Positions 11,101 to 27,500 are shown, numbered from the stretch's first letter. The stretch is DNA of 64,000 nucleotides from Auanema rhodensis (GCA_964057225.1 CAXKVF010000075.1:1-64000), one strand, 5' to 3'. Notes: generated by a model not told the origin, from the sequence alone. Program-made: numbers and translations.

Positions 11101-12768
11101 CGTGAAGCGAGTTACATACCAAGTGCACATCACGTGTACATTTAATTAGCATAAATTAAAGTTCACGTAAATTTCAAAGTCATGGTTACCATGCACCAAT
11201 ATCAATAAAAATTTGTTTTTAGACTAATATGGACATGGGGAATCTAATTTTGAAAACCGCATCTCTTCATCTTTCACGTGAAGCGAGTTACATACCAAGT
11301 GCACATCACGTGTACATTTAATTAGCATAAATTAAAGTTCACGTAAATTTCAAAGTCATGGTTACCATGCACCAATATCAATAAAAATTTGTTTTTAGAC
11401 TAATATGGACATGGGGAATCTAATTTTGAAAACCGCATCTCTTTATCTTTCACGTGAAGCGAGTTACATACCAAGTGCACATCACGTGTACATTTAATTA
11501 GCATAAATTAAAGTTCACGTAAATTTCAAAGTCATGGTTACCATGAACCAATATCAATAAAAATTTGTTTTTAGACTAATATGGACATGGGGAATCTAAT
11601 TTTGAAAACCGCATCTCTTTATCTTTCACGTGAAGCGAGTTACATACCAAGTGCACATCACGTGTACATTTAATTAGCATAAATTAAAGTTCACGTAAAT
11701 TTCAAAGTCATGGTTACCATGAACCAATATCAATAAAAATTTGTTTTTAGACTTATATGGACATGGGGAATCTAAATTTGAAAACCGCATCTCTTTATCT
11801 TTCACGTGAAGCGAGTTACATACCAAGTGCACATCACGTGTACATTTAATTAGCATAAATTAAAGTTCACGTAACTTTCAAAGTCATGGTTACCATGCAC
11901 CAATATCAATAAAAATTTGTTTTTAGACTAATATGGACATGGGGAATCTAATTTTGAAAACCGCATCTCTTTATCTTTCACGTGAAGCGATTTACATACC
12001 AAGTGCACATCACGTGTACATTTAATTAGCATAAATTAAAGTTCACGTAAATTTCAAAGTCATGGTTACCATGCACCAATATCAATAAAAATTTGTTTTT
12101 AGACTAATATGGACATGGGGAATCTAATTTTGAAAACCGCATCTCTTTATCTTTCACGTGAAGCGAGTTACATACCAAGTGCACATCACGTGTACATTTA
12201 ATTAGCATAAATTAAAGTTCACGTAAATTTCAAAGTCATGGTTACCATGAACCAATATCAATAAAAATTTGTTTTTAAACTAATATGGACATGGGGAATC
12301 TAATTTTGAAAACCGCATCTCTTTATCTTTCACGTGAAGCGAGTTACATACCAAGTGCACATCACGTGTACATTTAATTAGCATAAATTAAAGTTCACGT
12401 AAATTTCAAAGTCATGGTTACCATGCACCAATATCAATAAAAATTTGTTTTTAGACTAATATGGACATGGGGAATCTAATTTTGAAAACCGCATCTCTTT
12501 ATCTTTCACGTGAAGCGAGTTACATACCAAGTGCACATCACGTGTACATTTAATTAGCATAAATTAAAGTTCACGTAAATTTCAAAGTCATGGTTACCAT
12601 GAACCAATATCAATAAAAATTTGTTTTTAGACTAATATGGACATGGGGAATCTAATTTTGAAAACCGCATCTCTTTATCTTTCACGTGAAGCGAGTTACA
12701 TACCAAGTGCACATCACGTGTACATTTAATTAGCATAAATTAAAGTTCACGTAAATTTCAAAGTCATG

Positions 12769-14880
12769 GTTACCATGAACCAATATCAATAAAAATTTGT
12801 TTTTAGACTAATATGGACATGGGGAATCTAATTTTGAAAACCGCATCTCTTTATCTTTCACGTGAAGCGAGTTACATACCAAGTGCACATCACGTGTACA
12901 TTTAATTAGCATAAATTAAAGTTCACGTAAATTTCAAAGTCATGGTTACCATGAACCAATATCAATAAAAATTTGTTTTTAGACTAATATGGACATGGGG
13001 AATCTAATTTTGAAAACCGCATCTCTTTATCTTTCACGTGAAGCGAGTTACATACCAAGTGCCCATCACGTGTACATTTAATTAGCATAAATTAAAGTTC
13101 ACGTAAATTTCAAAGTCATGGTTACCATGCACCAATATCAATAAAAATTTGTTTTTAGACTAATATGGACATGGGGAATCTAATTTTGAAAACCGCATCT
13201 CGTTATCTTTCACGTGAAGCGAGTTACATACCAAGTGCACATCACGTGTACATTTAATTAGCATAAATTAAAGTTCACGTAAATTTCAAAGTCATGGTTA
13301 CCATGCACCAATATTAATAAAAATTTGTTTTTAGACTAATATGGACATGGGGAATCTAATTTTGAAAACCGCATCTCTTTATCTTTCACGTGAAGCGAGT
13401 TACATACCAAGTGCACATCACGTGTACATTTAATTAGCATAAATTAAAGTTCACGTAAATTTCAAAGTCATGGTTACCATGCACCAATATCAATAAAAAT
13501 TTGTTTTTAGACTAATATGGACATGGGGAATCTAATTTTGAAAACCGCATCTCTTTATCTTTCAAGTGAAGCGAGTTACATACCAAGTGCACATCACGTG
13601 TACATTTAATTAGCATAAATTAAAGTTCACGTAAATTTCAAAGTCATGGTTACCATGAACCAATATCAATAAAAATTTGTTTTTAGACTAATATGGACAT
13701 GGGGAATCTAATTTTGAAAACCGCATCTCTTTATCTTTCACGTGAAGCGAGTTACATACCAAGTGCACATCACGTGTACAGTTAATTAGCATAAATTAAA
13801 GTTCACGTAAATTTCAAAGTCATGGTTACCATGAACCAATATCAATAAAAATTTGTTTTTAGACTAATATGGACATGGGGAATCTAAATTTGAAAACCGC
13901 ATCTCTTTATCTTTCACGTGAAGCGAGTTACATACCAAGTGCACATCACGTGTACATTTAATTAGCATAAATTAAAGTTCACGTAACTTTCAAAGTCATG
14001 GTTACCATGCACCAATATCAATAAAAATTTGTTTTTAGACTAATATGGACATGGGGAATCTAATTTTGAAAACCGCATCTCTTTATCTTTCACGTGAAGC
14101 GAGTTGCATACCAAGTGCACATCACGTGTACATTTAATTAGCATAAATTAAAGTTCACGTAAATTTCAAAGTCATGGTTACCATGAACCAATATCAATAA
14201 AAATTTGTTTTTAGACTAATATGGACATGGGGAATCTAATTTTGAAAACCGCATCTCTTTATCTTTCACGTGAAGCGAGTTACATACCAAGTGCACATCA
14301 CGTGTACATTTAATTAGCATAAATTAAAGTTCACGTAAATTTCAAAGTCATGGTTACCATGAACCAATATCAATAAAAATTTGTTTTTAGACTAATATGG
14401 ACATGGGGAATCTAATTTTGAAAACCGCATCTCTTTATCTTTCACGTGAAGCGAGTTACATACCAAGTGCCCATCACGTGTACATTTAATTAGCATAAAT
14501 TAAAGTTCACGTAAATTTCAAAGTCATGGTTACCATGCACCAATATCAATAAAAATTTGTTTTTAGACTAATATGGACATGGGGAATCTAATTTTGAAAA
14601 CCGCATCTCGTTATCTTTCACGTGAAGCGAGTTACATACCAAGTGCACATCACGTGTACATTTAATTAGCATAAATTAAAGTTCACGTAAATTTCAAAGT
14701 CATGGTTACCATGCACCAATATCAATAAAAATTTGTTTTTAGACTAATATGGACATGGGGAATCTAATTTTGAAAACCGCATCTCTTTATCTTTCACGTG
14801 AAGCGAGTTACATACCAAGTGCACATCACGTGTACATTTAATTAGCATAAATTAAAGTTCACGTAAATTTCAAAGTCATG
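12769..14880. repeat. 8-monomer (1408-bp) higher-order repeat, about 1.5 copies
   Basis: A119C at 13063 and 14471; T82G at 13202 and 14610; both pairs are 1408 bp apart. Confidence 0.8.
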
Positions 14881-17344
14881 GTTACCATGCACCAATATCA
14901 ATAAAAATTTGTTTTTAGACTAATATTGACATGGGGAATCTAATTTTGAAAACCGCATCTCTTTATCTTTCACGTGAAGCGAGTTACATACCAAGTGCCC
15001 ATCACGTGTACATTTAATTAGCATAAATTAAAGTTCACGTAAATTTCAAAGTCATGGTTACCATGCACCAATATCAATAAAAATTTGTTTTTAGACTAAT
15101 ATGGACATGGGGAATCTAATTTTGAAAACCGCATCTCGTTATCTTTCACGTGAAGCGAGTTACATACCAAGTGCACATCACGTGTACATTTAATTAGCAT
15201 AAATTAAAGTTCACGTAAATTTCAAAGTCATGGTTACCATGCACCAATATCAATAAAAATTTGTTTTTAGACTAATATGGACATGGGGAATCTAATTTTG
15301 AAAACCGCATCTCTTTATCTTTCACGTGAAGCGAGTTACATACCAAGTGCACATCACGTGTACATTTAATTAGCATAAATTAAAGTTCACGTAAATTTCA
15401 AAGTCATGGTTACCATGCACCAATATCAATAAAAATTTGTTTTTAGACTAATATGGACATGGGGAATCTAATTTTGAAAACCGCATCTCTTTATCTTTCA
15501 CGTGAAGCGAGTTACATACCAAGTGCACATCACGTGTACATTTAATTAGCATAAATTAAAGTTCACGTAAATTTCAAAGTCATGGTTACCATGCACCAAT
15601 ATCAATAAAAATTTGTTTTTAGACTAATATGGACATGGGGAATCTAATTTTGAAAACCGCATCTCTTTATCTTTCACGTGAAGCGAGTTACATACCAAGT
15701 GCACATCACGTGTACATTTAATTAGCATAAATTAAAGTTCACGTAAATTTCAAAGTCATGGTTACCATGCACCAATATCAATAAAAATTTGTTTTTAGAC
15801 TAATATGGACATGGGGAATCTAATTTTGAAAACCGCATCTCTTTATCTTTCACGTGAAGCGAGTTACATACCAAGTGCACATCACGTGTACATTTAATTA
15901 GCATAAATTAAAGTTCACGTAAATTTCAAAGTCATGGTTACCATGAACCAATATCAATAAAAATTTGTTTTTAGACTAATATGGACATGGGGAATCTAAT
16001 TTTGAAAACCGCATCTCTTTATCTTTCACGTGAAGCGAGTTACATACCAAGTGCACATCACGTGTACATTTAATTAGCATAAATTAAAGTTCACGTAAAT
16101 TTCAAAGTCATGGTTACCATGCACCAATATCAATAAAAATTTGTTTTTAGACTAATATGGACATGGGGAATCTAATTTTGAAAACCGCATCTCGTTATCT
16201 TTCACGTGAAGCGAGTTACATACCAAGTGCACATCACGTGTACATTTAATTAGCATAAATTAAAGTTCACGTAAATTTCAAAGTCATGGTTACCATGCAC
16301 CAATATCAATTAAAATTTGTTTTTAGACTAATATGGACATGGGGAATCTAATTTTGAAAACCGCATCTCTTTATCTTTCACGTGAAGCGAGTTACATACC
16401 AAGTGCACATCACGTGTACATTTAATTAGCATAAATTAAAGTTCACGTAAATTTCAAAGTCATGGTTACCATGCACCAATATCAATAAAAATTTGTTTTT
16501 AGACTAATATGGACATGGGGAATCTAATTTTGAAAACCGCATCTCGTTATCTTTCACGTGAAGCGAGTTACATACCAAGTGCACATCACGTGTACATTTA
16601 ATTAGCATAAATTAAAGTTCACGTAAATTTCAAAGTCATGGTTACCATGCACCAATATCAATAAAAATTTGTTTTTAGACTAATATGGACATGGGGAATC
16701 TAATTTTGAAAACCGCATCTCTTTATCTTTCACGTGAAGCGAGTTACATACCAAGTGCACATCACGTGTACATTTAATTAGCATAAATTAAAGTTCACGT
16801 AAATTTCAAAGTCATGGTTACCATGCACCAATATCAATAAAAATTTGTTTTTAGACTAATATGGACATGGGGAATCTAATTTTGAAAACCGCATCTCTTT
16901 ATCTTTCACGTGAAGCGAGTTACATACCAAGTGCACATCACGTGTACATTTAATTAGCATAAATTAAAGTTCACGTAAATTTCAAAGTCATAGTTACCAT
17001 AAACCAATATCAATAAAAATTTGTTTTTAGACTAATATGGACATGGGGAATCTAATTTTGAAAACCGCATCTCTTTATCTTTCACGTGAAGCGAGTTACA
17101 TACCAAGTGCACATCACGTGTACATTTAATTAGCATAAATTAAAGTTCACGTAAATTTCAAAGTCATGGTTACCATGAACCAATATCAATAAAAATTTGT
17201 TTTTAGACTAATATGGACATGGGGAATCTAATTTTGAAAACCGCATCTCTTCATCTTTCACGTGAAGCGAGTTACATACCAAGTGCACATCACGTGTACA
17301 TTTAATTAGCATAAATTAAAGTTCACGTAAATTTCAAAGTCATG

Positions 17345-19104
17345 GTTACCATGCACCAATATCAATAAAAATTTGTTTTTAGACTAATATGGACATGGGG
17401 AATCTAATTTTGAAAACCGCATCTCTTTATCTTTCACGTGAAGCGAGTTACATACCAAGTGCACATCACGTGTACATTTAATTAGCATAAATTAAAGTTC
17501 ACGTAAATTTCAAAGTCATGGTTACCATGCACCAATGTCAATAAAAATTTGTTTTTAGACTAATATGGACATGGGGAATCTAATTTTGAAAACCGCATCT
17601 CTTCATCTTTCACGTGAAGCGAGTTACATACCAAGTGCACATCACGTGTACATTTAATTAGCATAAATTAAAGTTCACGTAAATTTCAAAGTCATGGTTA
17701 CCATGCACCAATATCAATAAAAATTTGTTTTTAGACTAATATGGACATGGGGAATCTAATTTTGAAAACCGCATCTCTTCATCTTTTACGTGAAGCGAGT
17801 TACATACCAAGTGCACATCACGTGTACATTTAATTAGCATAAATTAAAGTTCACGTAAATTTCAAAGTCATGGTTACCATGCACCAATATCAATAAAAAT
17901 TTGTTTTTAGACTAATATGGACATGGGGAATCTAATTTTGAAAACCGCATCTCTTTATCTTTCACGTGAAGCGAGTTACATACCAAGTGCACATCACGTG
18001 TACATTTAATTAGCATAAATTAAAGTTCACGTAAATTTCAAAGTCATGGTTACCATGCACCAATGTCAATAAAAATTTGTTTTTAGACTAATATGGACAT
18101 GGGGAATCTAATTTTGAAAACCGCATCTCTTCATCTTTCACGTGAAGCGAGTTACATACCAAGTGCACATCACGTGTACATTTAATTAGCATAAATTAAA
18201 GTTCACGTAAATTTCAAAGTCATGGTTACCATGCACCAATATCAATAAAAATTTGTTTTTAGACTAATATGGACATGGGGAATCTAATTTTGAAAACCGC
18301 ATCTCTTTATCTTTCACGTGAAGCGAGTTACATACCAAGTGCACATCACGTGTACATTTAATTAGCATAAATTAAAGTTCACGTAAATTTCAAAGTCATG
18401 GTTACCATGCACCAATGTCAATAAAAATTTGTTTTTAGACTAATATGGACATGGGGAATCTAATTTTGAAAACCGCATCTCTTCATCTTTCACGTGAAGC
18501 GAGTTACATACCAAGTGCACATCACGTGTACATTTAATTAGCATAAATTAAAGTTCACGTAAATTTCAAAGTCATGGTTACCATGCACCAATATCAATAA
18601 AAATTTGTTTTTAGACTAATATGGACATGGGGAATCTAATTTTGAAAACCGCATCTCTTCATCTTTTACGTGAAGCGAGTTACATACCAAGTGCACATCA
18701 CGTGTACATTTAATTAGCATAAATTAAAGTTCACGTAAATTTCAAAGTCATGGTTACCATGCACCAATATCAATAAAAATTTATTTTTAGACTAATATGG
18801 ACATGGGGAATCTAATTTTGAAAACCGCATCTCTTTATCTTTCACGTGAAGCGAGTTACATACCAAGTGCACATCACGTGTACATTTAATTAGCATAAAT
18901 TAAAGTTCACGTAAATTTCAAAGTCATGGTTACCATGCACCAATGTCAATAAAAATTTGTTTTTAGACTAATATGGACATGGGGAATCTAATTTTGAAAA
19001 CCGCATCTCTTCATCTTTCACGTGAAGCGAGTTACATACCAAGTGCACATCACGTGTACATTTAATTAGCATAAATTAAAGTTCACGTAAATTTCAAAGT
19101 CATG
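17345..19104. repeat. 5-monomer (880-bp) higher-order repeat, 2 copies
   Basis: C91T at 17787 and 18667; A17G at 17537/18417 and 18065/18945; each pair is 880 bp apart. Confidence 0.82.
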
Positions 19105-22100
19105 GTTACCATGCACCAATATCAATAAAAATTTGTTTTTAGACTAATATGGACATGGGGAATCTAATTTTGAAAACCGCATCTCTTCATCTTTCACGTG
19201 AAGCGAGTTACATACCAAGTGCACATCACGTGTACATTTAATTAGCATAAATTAAAGTTCACGTAAATTTCAAAGTCATGGTTACCATGCACCAATATCA
19301 ATAAAAATTTGTTTTTAGACTAATATGGACATGGGGGATCTAATTTTGAAAACCGTATTTCTTTATCTTTCACGTGAAGCGAGTTACATACCAAGTGCAC
19401 ATCACGTGTACATTTAATTAGCATAAATTAAAGTTCACGTAAATTTCAAAGTCATGGTTACCATGAACCAATATCAATAAAAATTTGTTTTTAGACTAAT
19501 ATGGACATGGGGAATCTAATTTTGAAAACCGCATCTCTTTATCTTTCACGTGAAGCGAGTTACATACCAAGTGCACATCACGTGTACATTTAATTAGCAT
19601 AAATTAAAGTTCACGTAAATTTCAAAGTCATGGTTACCATGAACCAATATCAATAAAAATTTGTTTTTAGACTAATATGGACATGGGGAATCTAATTTTG
19701 AAAACCGCATCTCTTTATCTTTCACATGAAGCGAGTTACATACCAAGTGCACATCACGTGTACATTTAATTAGCATAAATTAAAGTTCACGTAAATTTCA
19801 AAGTCATGGTTACCATGAACCAATATCAATAAAAATTTGTTTTTAGACTAATATGGACATGGGGAATCTAATTTTGAAAACCGCATTTCTTTATCTTTCA
19901 CGTGAAGCGAGTTACATACCAAGTGCACATCACGTGTACATTTAATTAGCATAAATTAAAGTTCACGTAAATTTCAAAGTCATGGTTACCATGAACCAAT
20001 ATCAATAAAAATTTGTTTTTAGACTAATATGGACATGGGGAATCTAATTTTGAAAACCGCATCTCTTTATCTTTCACGTGAAGCGAGTTACATACCAAGT
20101 GCACATCACGTGTACATTTAATTAGCATAAATTAAAGTTCACGTAAATTTCAAAGTCATGGTTACCATGAACCAATATCAATAAAAATTTGTTTTTAGAC
20201 TAATATGGACATGGGGAATCTAATTTTGAAAACCGCATCTCTTTATCTTTCACGTGAAGCGAGTTACATACCAAGTGCACATCACGTGTACATTTAATTA
20301 GCATAAATTAAAGTTCACGTAAATTTCAAAGTCATGGTTACCATGAACCAATATCAATAAAAATTTGTTTTTAGACTAATATGGACATGGGGAATCTAAT
20401 TTTGAAAACCGCATCTCTTTATCTTTCACGTGAAGCGAGTTACATACCAAGTGCACATCACGTGTACATTTAATTAGCATAAATTAAAGTTCACGTAAAT
20501 TTCAAAGTCATGGTTACCATGCACCAATATCAATAAAAATTTGTTTTTAGACTAATATGGACATGGGGAATCTAATTTTGAAAACCGCATCTCTTTATCT
20601 TTCACGTGAAGCGAGTTACATACCAAGTGCACATCACGTGTACATTTAATTAGCATAAATTAAAGTTCACGTAAATTTCAAAGTCATGGTTACCATGCAC
20701 CAATATCAATAAAAATTTGTTTTTAGACTAATATGGACATGGGGAATCTAATTTTGAAAACCGCATCTCTTTATCTTTCACGTGAAGCGAGTTACATACC
20801 AAGTGCACATCACGTGTACATTTAATTAGCATAAATTAAAGTTCACGTAAATTTCAAAGTCATGGTTACCATGCACCAATATCAATAAAAATTTGTTTTT
20901 AGACTAATATGGACATGGGGAATCTAATTTTGAAAACCGCATCTCTTTATCTTTCACGTGAAGCGAGTTACATACCAAGTGCACATCACGTGTACATTTA
21001 ATTAGCATAAATTAAAGTTCACGTAAATTTCAAAGTCATGGTTACCATGAACCAATATCAATAAAAATTTGTTTTTAGACTAATATGGACATGGGGAATC
21101 TAACTTTGAAAACCGCATCTCTTTATCTTTCACGTGAAGCGAGTTACATACCAAGTGCACATCACGTGTACATTTAATTAGCATAAATTAAAGTTCACGT
21201 AACTTTCAAAGTCATGGTTACCATGCACCAATATCAATAAAAATTTGTTTTTAGACTAATATGGACATGGGGAATCTAATTTTGGAAACCGCATCTCTTT
21301 ATCTTTCACGTGAAGCGAGTTACATACCAAGTGCACATCACGTGTACATTTAATTAGCATAAATTAAAGTTCACGTAAATTTCAAAGTCATGGTTACCAT
21401 GCACCAATATCAATAAAAATTTGTTTTTAGACTAATATGGACATGGGGAATCTAATTTTGAAAACCGCATCTCTTTATCTTTCACGTGAAGCGAGTTACA
21501 TACCAAGTGCACATCACGTGTACATTTAATTAGCATAAATTAAAGTTCACGTAAATTTCAAAGTCATGGTTACCATGAACCAATATCAATAAAAATTTGT
21601 TTTTAGACTAATATGGACATGGGGAATCTAATTTTGAAAACCGCATCTCTTTATCTTTCACGTGAAGCGAGTTACATACCAAGTGCACATCACGTGTACA
21701 TTTAATTAGCATAAATTAAAGTTCACGTAAATTTCAAAGTCATGGTTACGATGCACCAATATCAATAAAAATTTGTTTTTAGACTAATATGGACATGGGG
21801 AATCTGATTTTGAAAACCGCATCTCTTTATCTTTCACGTGAAGCGAGTTACATACCAAGTGCACATCACGTGTACATTTAATTAGCATAAATTAAAGTTC
21901 ACGTAAATTTCAAAGTCATGGTTACCATGAACCAATATCAATAAAAATTTGTTTTTAGACTAATATGGACATGGGGAATCTAACTTTGAAAACCGCATCT
22001 CTTTATCTTTCACGTGAAGCGAGTTACATACCAAGTGCACATCACGTGTACATTTAATTAGCATAAATTAAAGTTCACGTAACTTTCAAAGTCATGGTTA

Positions 22101-24560
22101 CCATGCACCAATATCAATAAAAATTTGTTTTTAGACTAATATGGACATGGGGAATCTAATTTTGAAAACCGCATCTCTTTATCTTTCACGTGAAGCGAGT
22201 TACATACCAAGTGCACATCACGTGTACATTTAATTAGCATAAATTAAAGTTCACGTAAATTTCAAAGTCATGGTTACCATGCACCAATATCAATAAAAAT
22301 TTGTTTTTAGACTAATATGGACATGGGGAATCTAATTTTGAAAACCGTATCTCTTTATCTTTCACGTGAAGCGAGTTACATACCAAGTGCACATCACGTG
22401 TACATTTAATTAGCATAAATTAAAGTTCACGTAAATTTCAAAGTCATGGTTACCATGAACCAATATCAATAAAAATTTGTTTTTAGACTAATATGGACAT
22501 GGGGAATCTAATTTTGAAAACCGCATCTCTTTATCTTTCACGTGAAGCGAGTTACATACCAAGTGCACATCACGTGTACATTTAATTAGCATAAATTAAA
22601 GTTCACGTAAATTTCAAAGTCATGGTTACCATGCACCAATATCAATAAAAATTTGTTTTTACACTAATATGGACATGGGGAATCTAATTTTGAAAACCGC
22701 ATCTCTTTATCTTTCACGTGAAGCGAGTTACATACCAAGTGCACATCACGTGTACATTTAATTAGCATAAATTAAAGTTCACGTAAATTTCAAAGTCATG
22801 GTTACCATGAACCAATATCAATAAAAATTTGTTTTTAGACTAATATGGACATGGGGAATCTAATTTTGAAAACCGCATCTCTTTATCTTTCACGTGAAGC
22901 GAGTTACATACCAAGTGCACATCACGTGTACATTTAATTAGCATAAATTAAAGTTCACGTAACTTTCAAAGTCATGGTTACCATGCACCAATATCAATAA
23001 AAATTTGTTTTTAGACTAATATGGACATGGGGAATCTAATTTTGAAAACCGCATCTCTTTATCTTTCACGTGAAGCGAGTTACATACCAAGTGCACATCA
23101 CGTGTACATTTAATTAGCATAAATTAAAGTTCACGTAAATTTCAAAGTCATGGTTACCATGCACCAATATCAATAAAAATTTGTTTTTAGACTAATATGG
23201 ACATGGGGAATCTAATTTTGAAAACCGCATCTCTTTATCTTTCACGTGAAGCGAGTTACATACCAAGTGCACATCACGTGTACATTTAATTAGCATAAAT
23301 TAAAGTTCACGTAAATTTCAAAGTCATGGTTACCATGAACCAATATCAATAAAAATTTGTTTTTAGACTAATATGGACATGGGGAATCCAATTTTGAAAA
23401 CCGCATCTCTTTATCTTTCACGTGAAGCGAGTTACATACCAAGTGCACATCACGTGTACATTTAATTAGCATAAATTAAAGTTCACGTAACTTTCAAAGT
23501 CATGGTTACCATGCACCAATATCAATAAAAATTTATTTTTAGACTAATATGGACATGGGAAATCTAATTTTGAAAACCGCATCTCTTTATCTTTCACGTG
23601 AAGCGAGTTACATACCAAGTGCACATCACGTGTACATTTAATTAGCATAAATTAAAGTTCACGTAAATTTCAAAGTCATGGTTACCATGAAGCAATATCA
23701 ATAAAAATTTGTTTTTAGACTAATATGGACATGGGGAATCTAATTTTGAAAACCGCATCTCTTTATCTTTCACGTGAAGCGAGTTACATACCAAGTGCAC
23801 ATCACGTGTACATTTAATTAGCATAAATTAAAGTTCACGTAAATTTCAAAGTCATGGTTACCATGCACCAATATCAATAAAAATTTGTTTTTAGACTAAT
23901 ATGGACATGGGGGATCTAATTTTGAAAACCGCATTTCTTTATCTTTCACGTGAAGCGAGTTACATACCAAGTGCACATCACGTGTACATTTAATTAGCAT
24001 AAATTAAAGTTCACGTAAATTTCAAAGTCATGGTTACCATGAACCAATATCAATAAAAATTTGTTTTTAGACTAATATGGACATGGGGAATCTAATTTTG
24101 AAAACCGCATCTCTTTATTTTTCACGTGAAGCGAGTTACATACCAAGTGCACATCACGTGTACATTTAATTAGCATAAATTAAAGTTCACGTAAATTTCA
24201 AAGTCATGGTTACCATGCACCAATATCAATAAAAATTTGTTTTTAGACTAATATGGACATGGGGGATCTAATTTTGAAAACCGCATTTCTTTATCTTTCA
24301 CGTGAAGCGAGTTACATACCAAGTGCACATCACGTGTACATTTAATTAGCATAAATTAAAGTTCACGTAAATTTCAAAGTCATGGTTACCATGAACCAAT
24401 ATCAATAAAAATTTGTTTTTAGACTAATATGGACATGGGGAATCTAATTTTGAAAACCGCATCTCTTTATCTTTCACGTGAAGCGAGTTACATACCAAGT
24501 GCACATCACGTGTACATTTAATTAGCATAAATTAAAGTTCACGTAAATTTCAAAGTCATG

Positions 24561-27500
24561 GTTACCATGCACCAATATCAATAAAAATTTGTTTTTAGAC
24601 TAATATGGACATGGGGAATCTAATTTTGAAAACCGCATCTCTTTATCTTTCACGTGAAGCGAGTTACATACCAAGTGCACATCACGTGTACATTTAATTA
24701 GCATAAATTAAAGTTCACGTAAATTTCAAAGTCATGGTTACCATGCACCAATATCAATAAAAATTTGTTTTTAGACTAATATGGACATGGGGAATCTAAT
24801 TTTGAAAACCGCATCTCTTTATCTTTCACGTGAAGCGAGTTACATACCAAGTGCACATCACGTGTACATTTAATTAGCATAAATTAAAGTTCACGTAAAT
24901 TTCAAAGTCATGGTTACCATGCACCAATATCAATAAAAATTTGTTTTTAGACTAATATGGACATGGGGAATCTAATTTTGAAAACCGCATCTCTTTATCT
25001 TTCACGTGAAGCGAGTTACATACCAAGTGCACATCACGTGTACATTTAATTAGCATAAATTAAAGTTCACGTAAATTTCAAAGTCATGGTTACCATGAAC
25101 CAATATCAATAAAAATTTGTTTTTAGACTAATATGGACATGGGGAATCTAATTTTGAAAACCGCATCTCTTTATCTTTCACGTGAAGCGAGTTACATACC
25201 AAGTGCACATCACGTGTACATTTAATTAGCATAAATTAAAGTTCACGTAAATTTCAAAGTCATGGTTACCATGCACCAATATCAATAAAAATTTGTTTTT
25301 AGACTAATATGGACATGGGGAATCTAATTTTGAAAACCGCATCTCTTTATCTTTCACGTGAAGCGAGTTACATACCAAGTGCACATCACGTGTACATTTA
25401 ATTAGCATAAATTAAAGTTCACGTAAATTTCCAAGTCATGGTTACCATGCACCAATATCGATAAAAATTTGTTTTTAGACTAATATGGACATGGGGAATC
25501 TAATTTTGAAAACCGCATCTCTTCATCTTTCACGTGAAGCGAGTTACATACCAAGTGCACATCACGTGTACATTTAATTAGCATAAATTAAAGTTCACGT
25601 AACTTTCAAAGTCATGGTTACCATGCACCAATATCAATAAAAATTTGTTTTTAGACTAATATGGACATGGGGAATCTGATTTTGAAAACCGCATCTCTTT
25701 ATCTTTCACGTGAAGCGAGTTACATACCAAGTGCACATCACGTGTACATTTAATTAGCATAAATTAAAGTTCACGTAAATTTCAAAGTCATGGTTACCAT
25801 GCACCAATATCAATAAAAATTTGTTTTTAGACTAATATGGACATGGGGAATCTAATTTTGAAAACCGCATCTCTTTATCTTTCACGTGAAGCGAGTTACA
25901 TACCAAGTGCACATCACGTGTACATTTAATTAGCATAAATTAAAGTTCACGTAAATTTCAAAGTCATGGTTACCATGAACCAATATCAATAAAAATTTGT
26001 TTTTAGACTAATATGGACATGGGGAATCTAATTTTGAAAACCGCATCTCTTTATCTTTCACGTGAAGCGAGTTACATACCAAGTGCACATCACGTGTACA
26101 TTTAATTAGCATAAATTAAAGTTCACGTAACTTTCAAAGTCATGGTTACCATGCACCAATATCAATAAAAATTTGTTTTTAGACTAATATGGACATGGGG
26201 AATCTAATTTTGAAAACCGCATCTCTTTATCTTTCAAGTGAAGCGAGTTACATACCAAGTGCACATCACGTGTACATTTAATTAGCATAAATTAAAGTTC
26301 ACGTAAATTTCAAAGTCATGGTTACCATGAAGCAATATCAATAAAAATTTGTTTTTAGACTAATATGGACATGGGGAATCTAATTTTGAAAACCGCATCT
26401 CTTTATCTTTCACGTGAAGCGAGTTACATACCAAGTGCACATCACGTGTACATTTAATTAGCATAAATTAAAGTTCACGTAAATTTCAAAGTCATGGTTA
26501 CCATGCACCAATATCAATAAAAATTTGTTTTTAGACTAATATGGACATGGGGAATCTAATTTTGAAAACCGCATCTCTTCATCTTTCACGTGAAGCGAGT
26601 TACATACCAAGTGCACATCACGTGTACATTTAATTAGCATAAATTAAAGTTCACGTAACTTTCAAAGTCATGGTTACCATGCACCAATATCAATAAAAAT
26701 TTGGTTTTAGACTAATATGGACATGGGGAATCTAACTTTGAAAACCGCATCTCTTTATCTTTCACGTGAAGCGAGTTACATACCAAGTGCACATCACGTG
26801 TACATTTAATTAGCATAAATTAAAGTTCACGTAACTTTCAAAGTCATGGTTACCATGCACCAATATCAATAAAAATTTGTTTTTAGACTAATATGGACAT
26901 GGGGAATCTAATTTTGAAAACCGCATCTCTTTATCTTTCACGTGAAGCGAGTTACATACCAAGTGCACATCACGTGTACATTTAATTAGCATAAATTAAA
27001 GTTCACGTAAATTTCAAAGTCATGGTTACCATGCACCAATATCAATAAAAATTTGTTTTTAGACTAATATGGACATGGGGAATCTAATTTTGAAAACCGC
27101 ATCTCTTTATCTTTCACGTGAAGCGAGTTACATACCAAGTGCACATCACGTGTACATTTAATTAGCATAAATTAAAGTTCACGTAAATTTCAAAGTCATG
27201 GTTACCATGCACCAATATCAATAAAAATTTGTTTTTAGACTAATATGGACATGGGGAATCTAATTTTGAAAACCGCATCTCTTTATCTTTCACGTGAAGC
27301 GAGTTACATACCAAGTGCACATCACGTGTACATTTAATTAGCATAAATTAAAGTTCACGTAACTTTCAAAGTCATGGTTACCATGCACCAATATCAATAA
27401 AAATTTGTTTTTAGACTAATATGGACATGGGGAATCTAATTTTGAAAACCGCATCTCTTTATCTTTCACGTGAAGCGAGTTACATACCAAGTGCACATCA

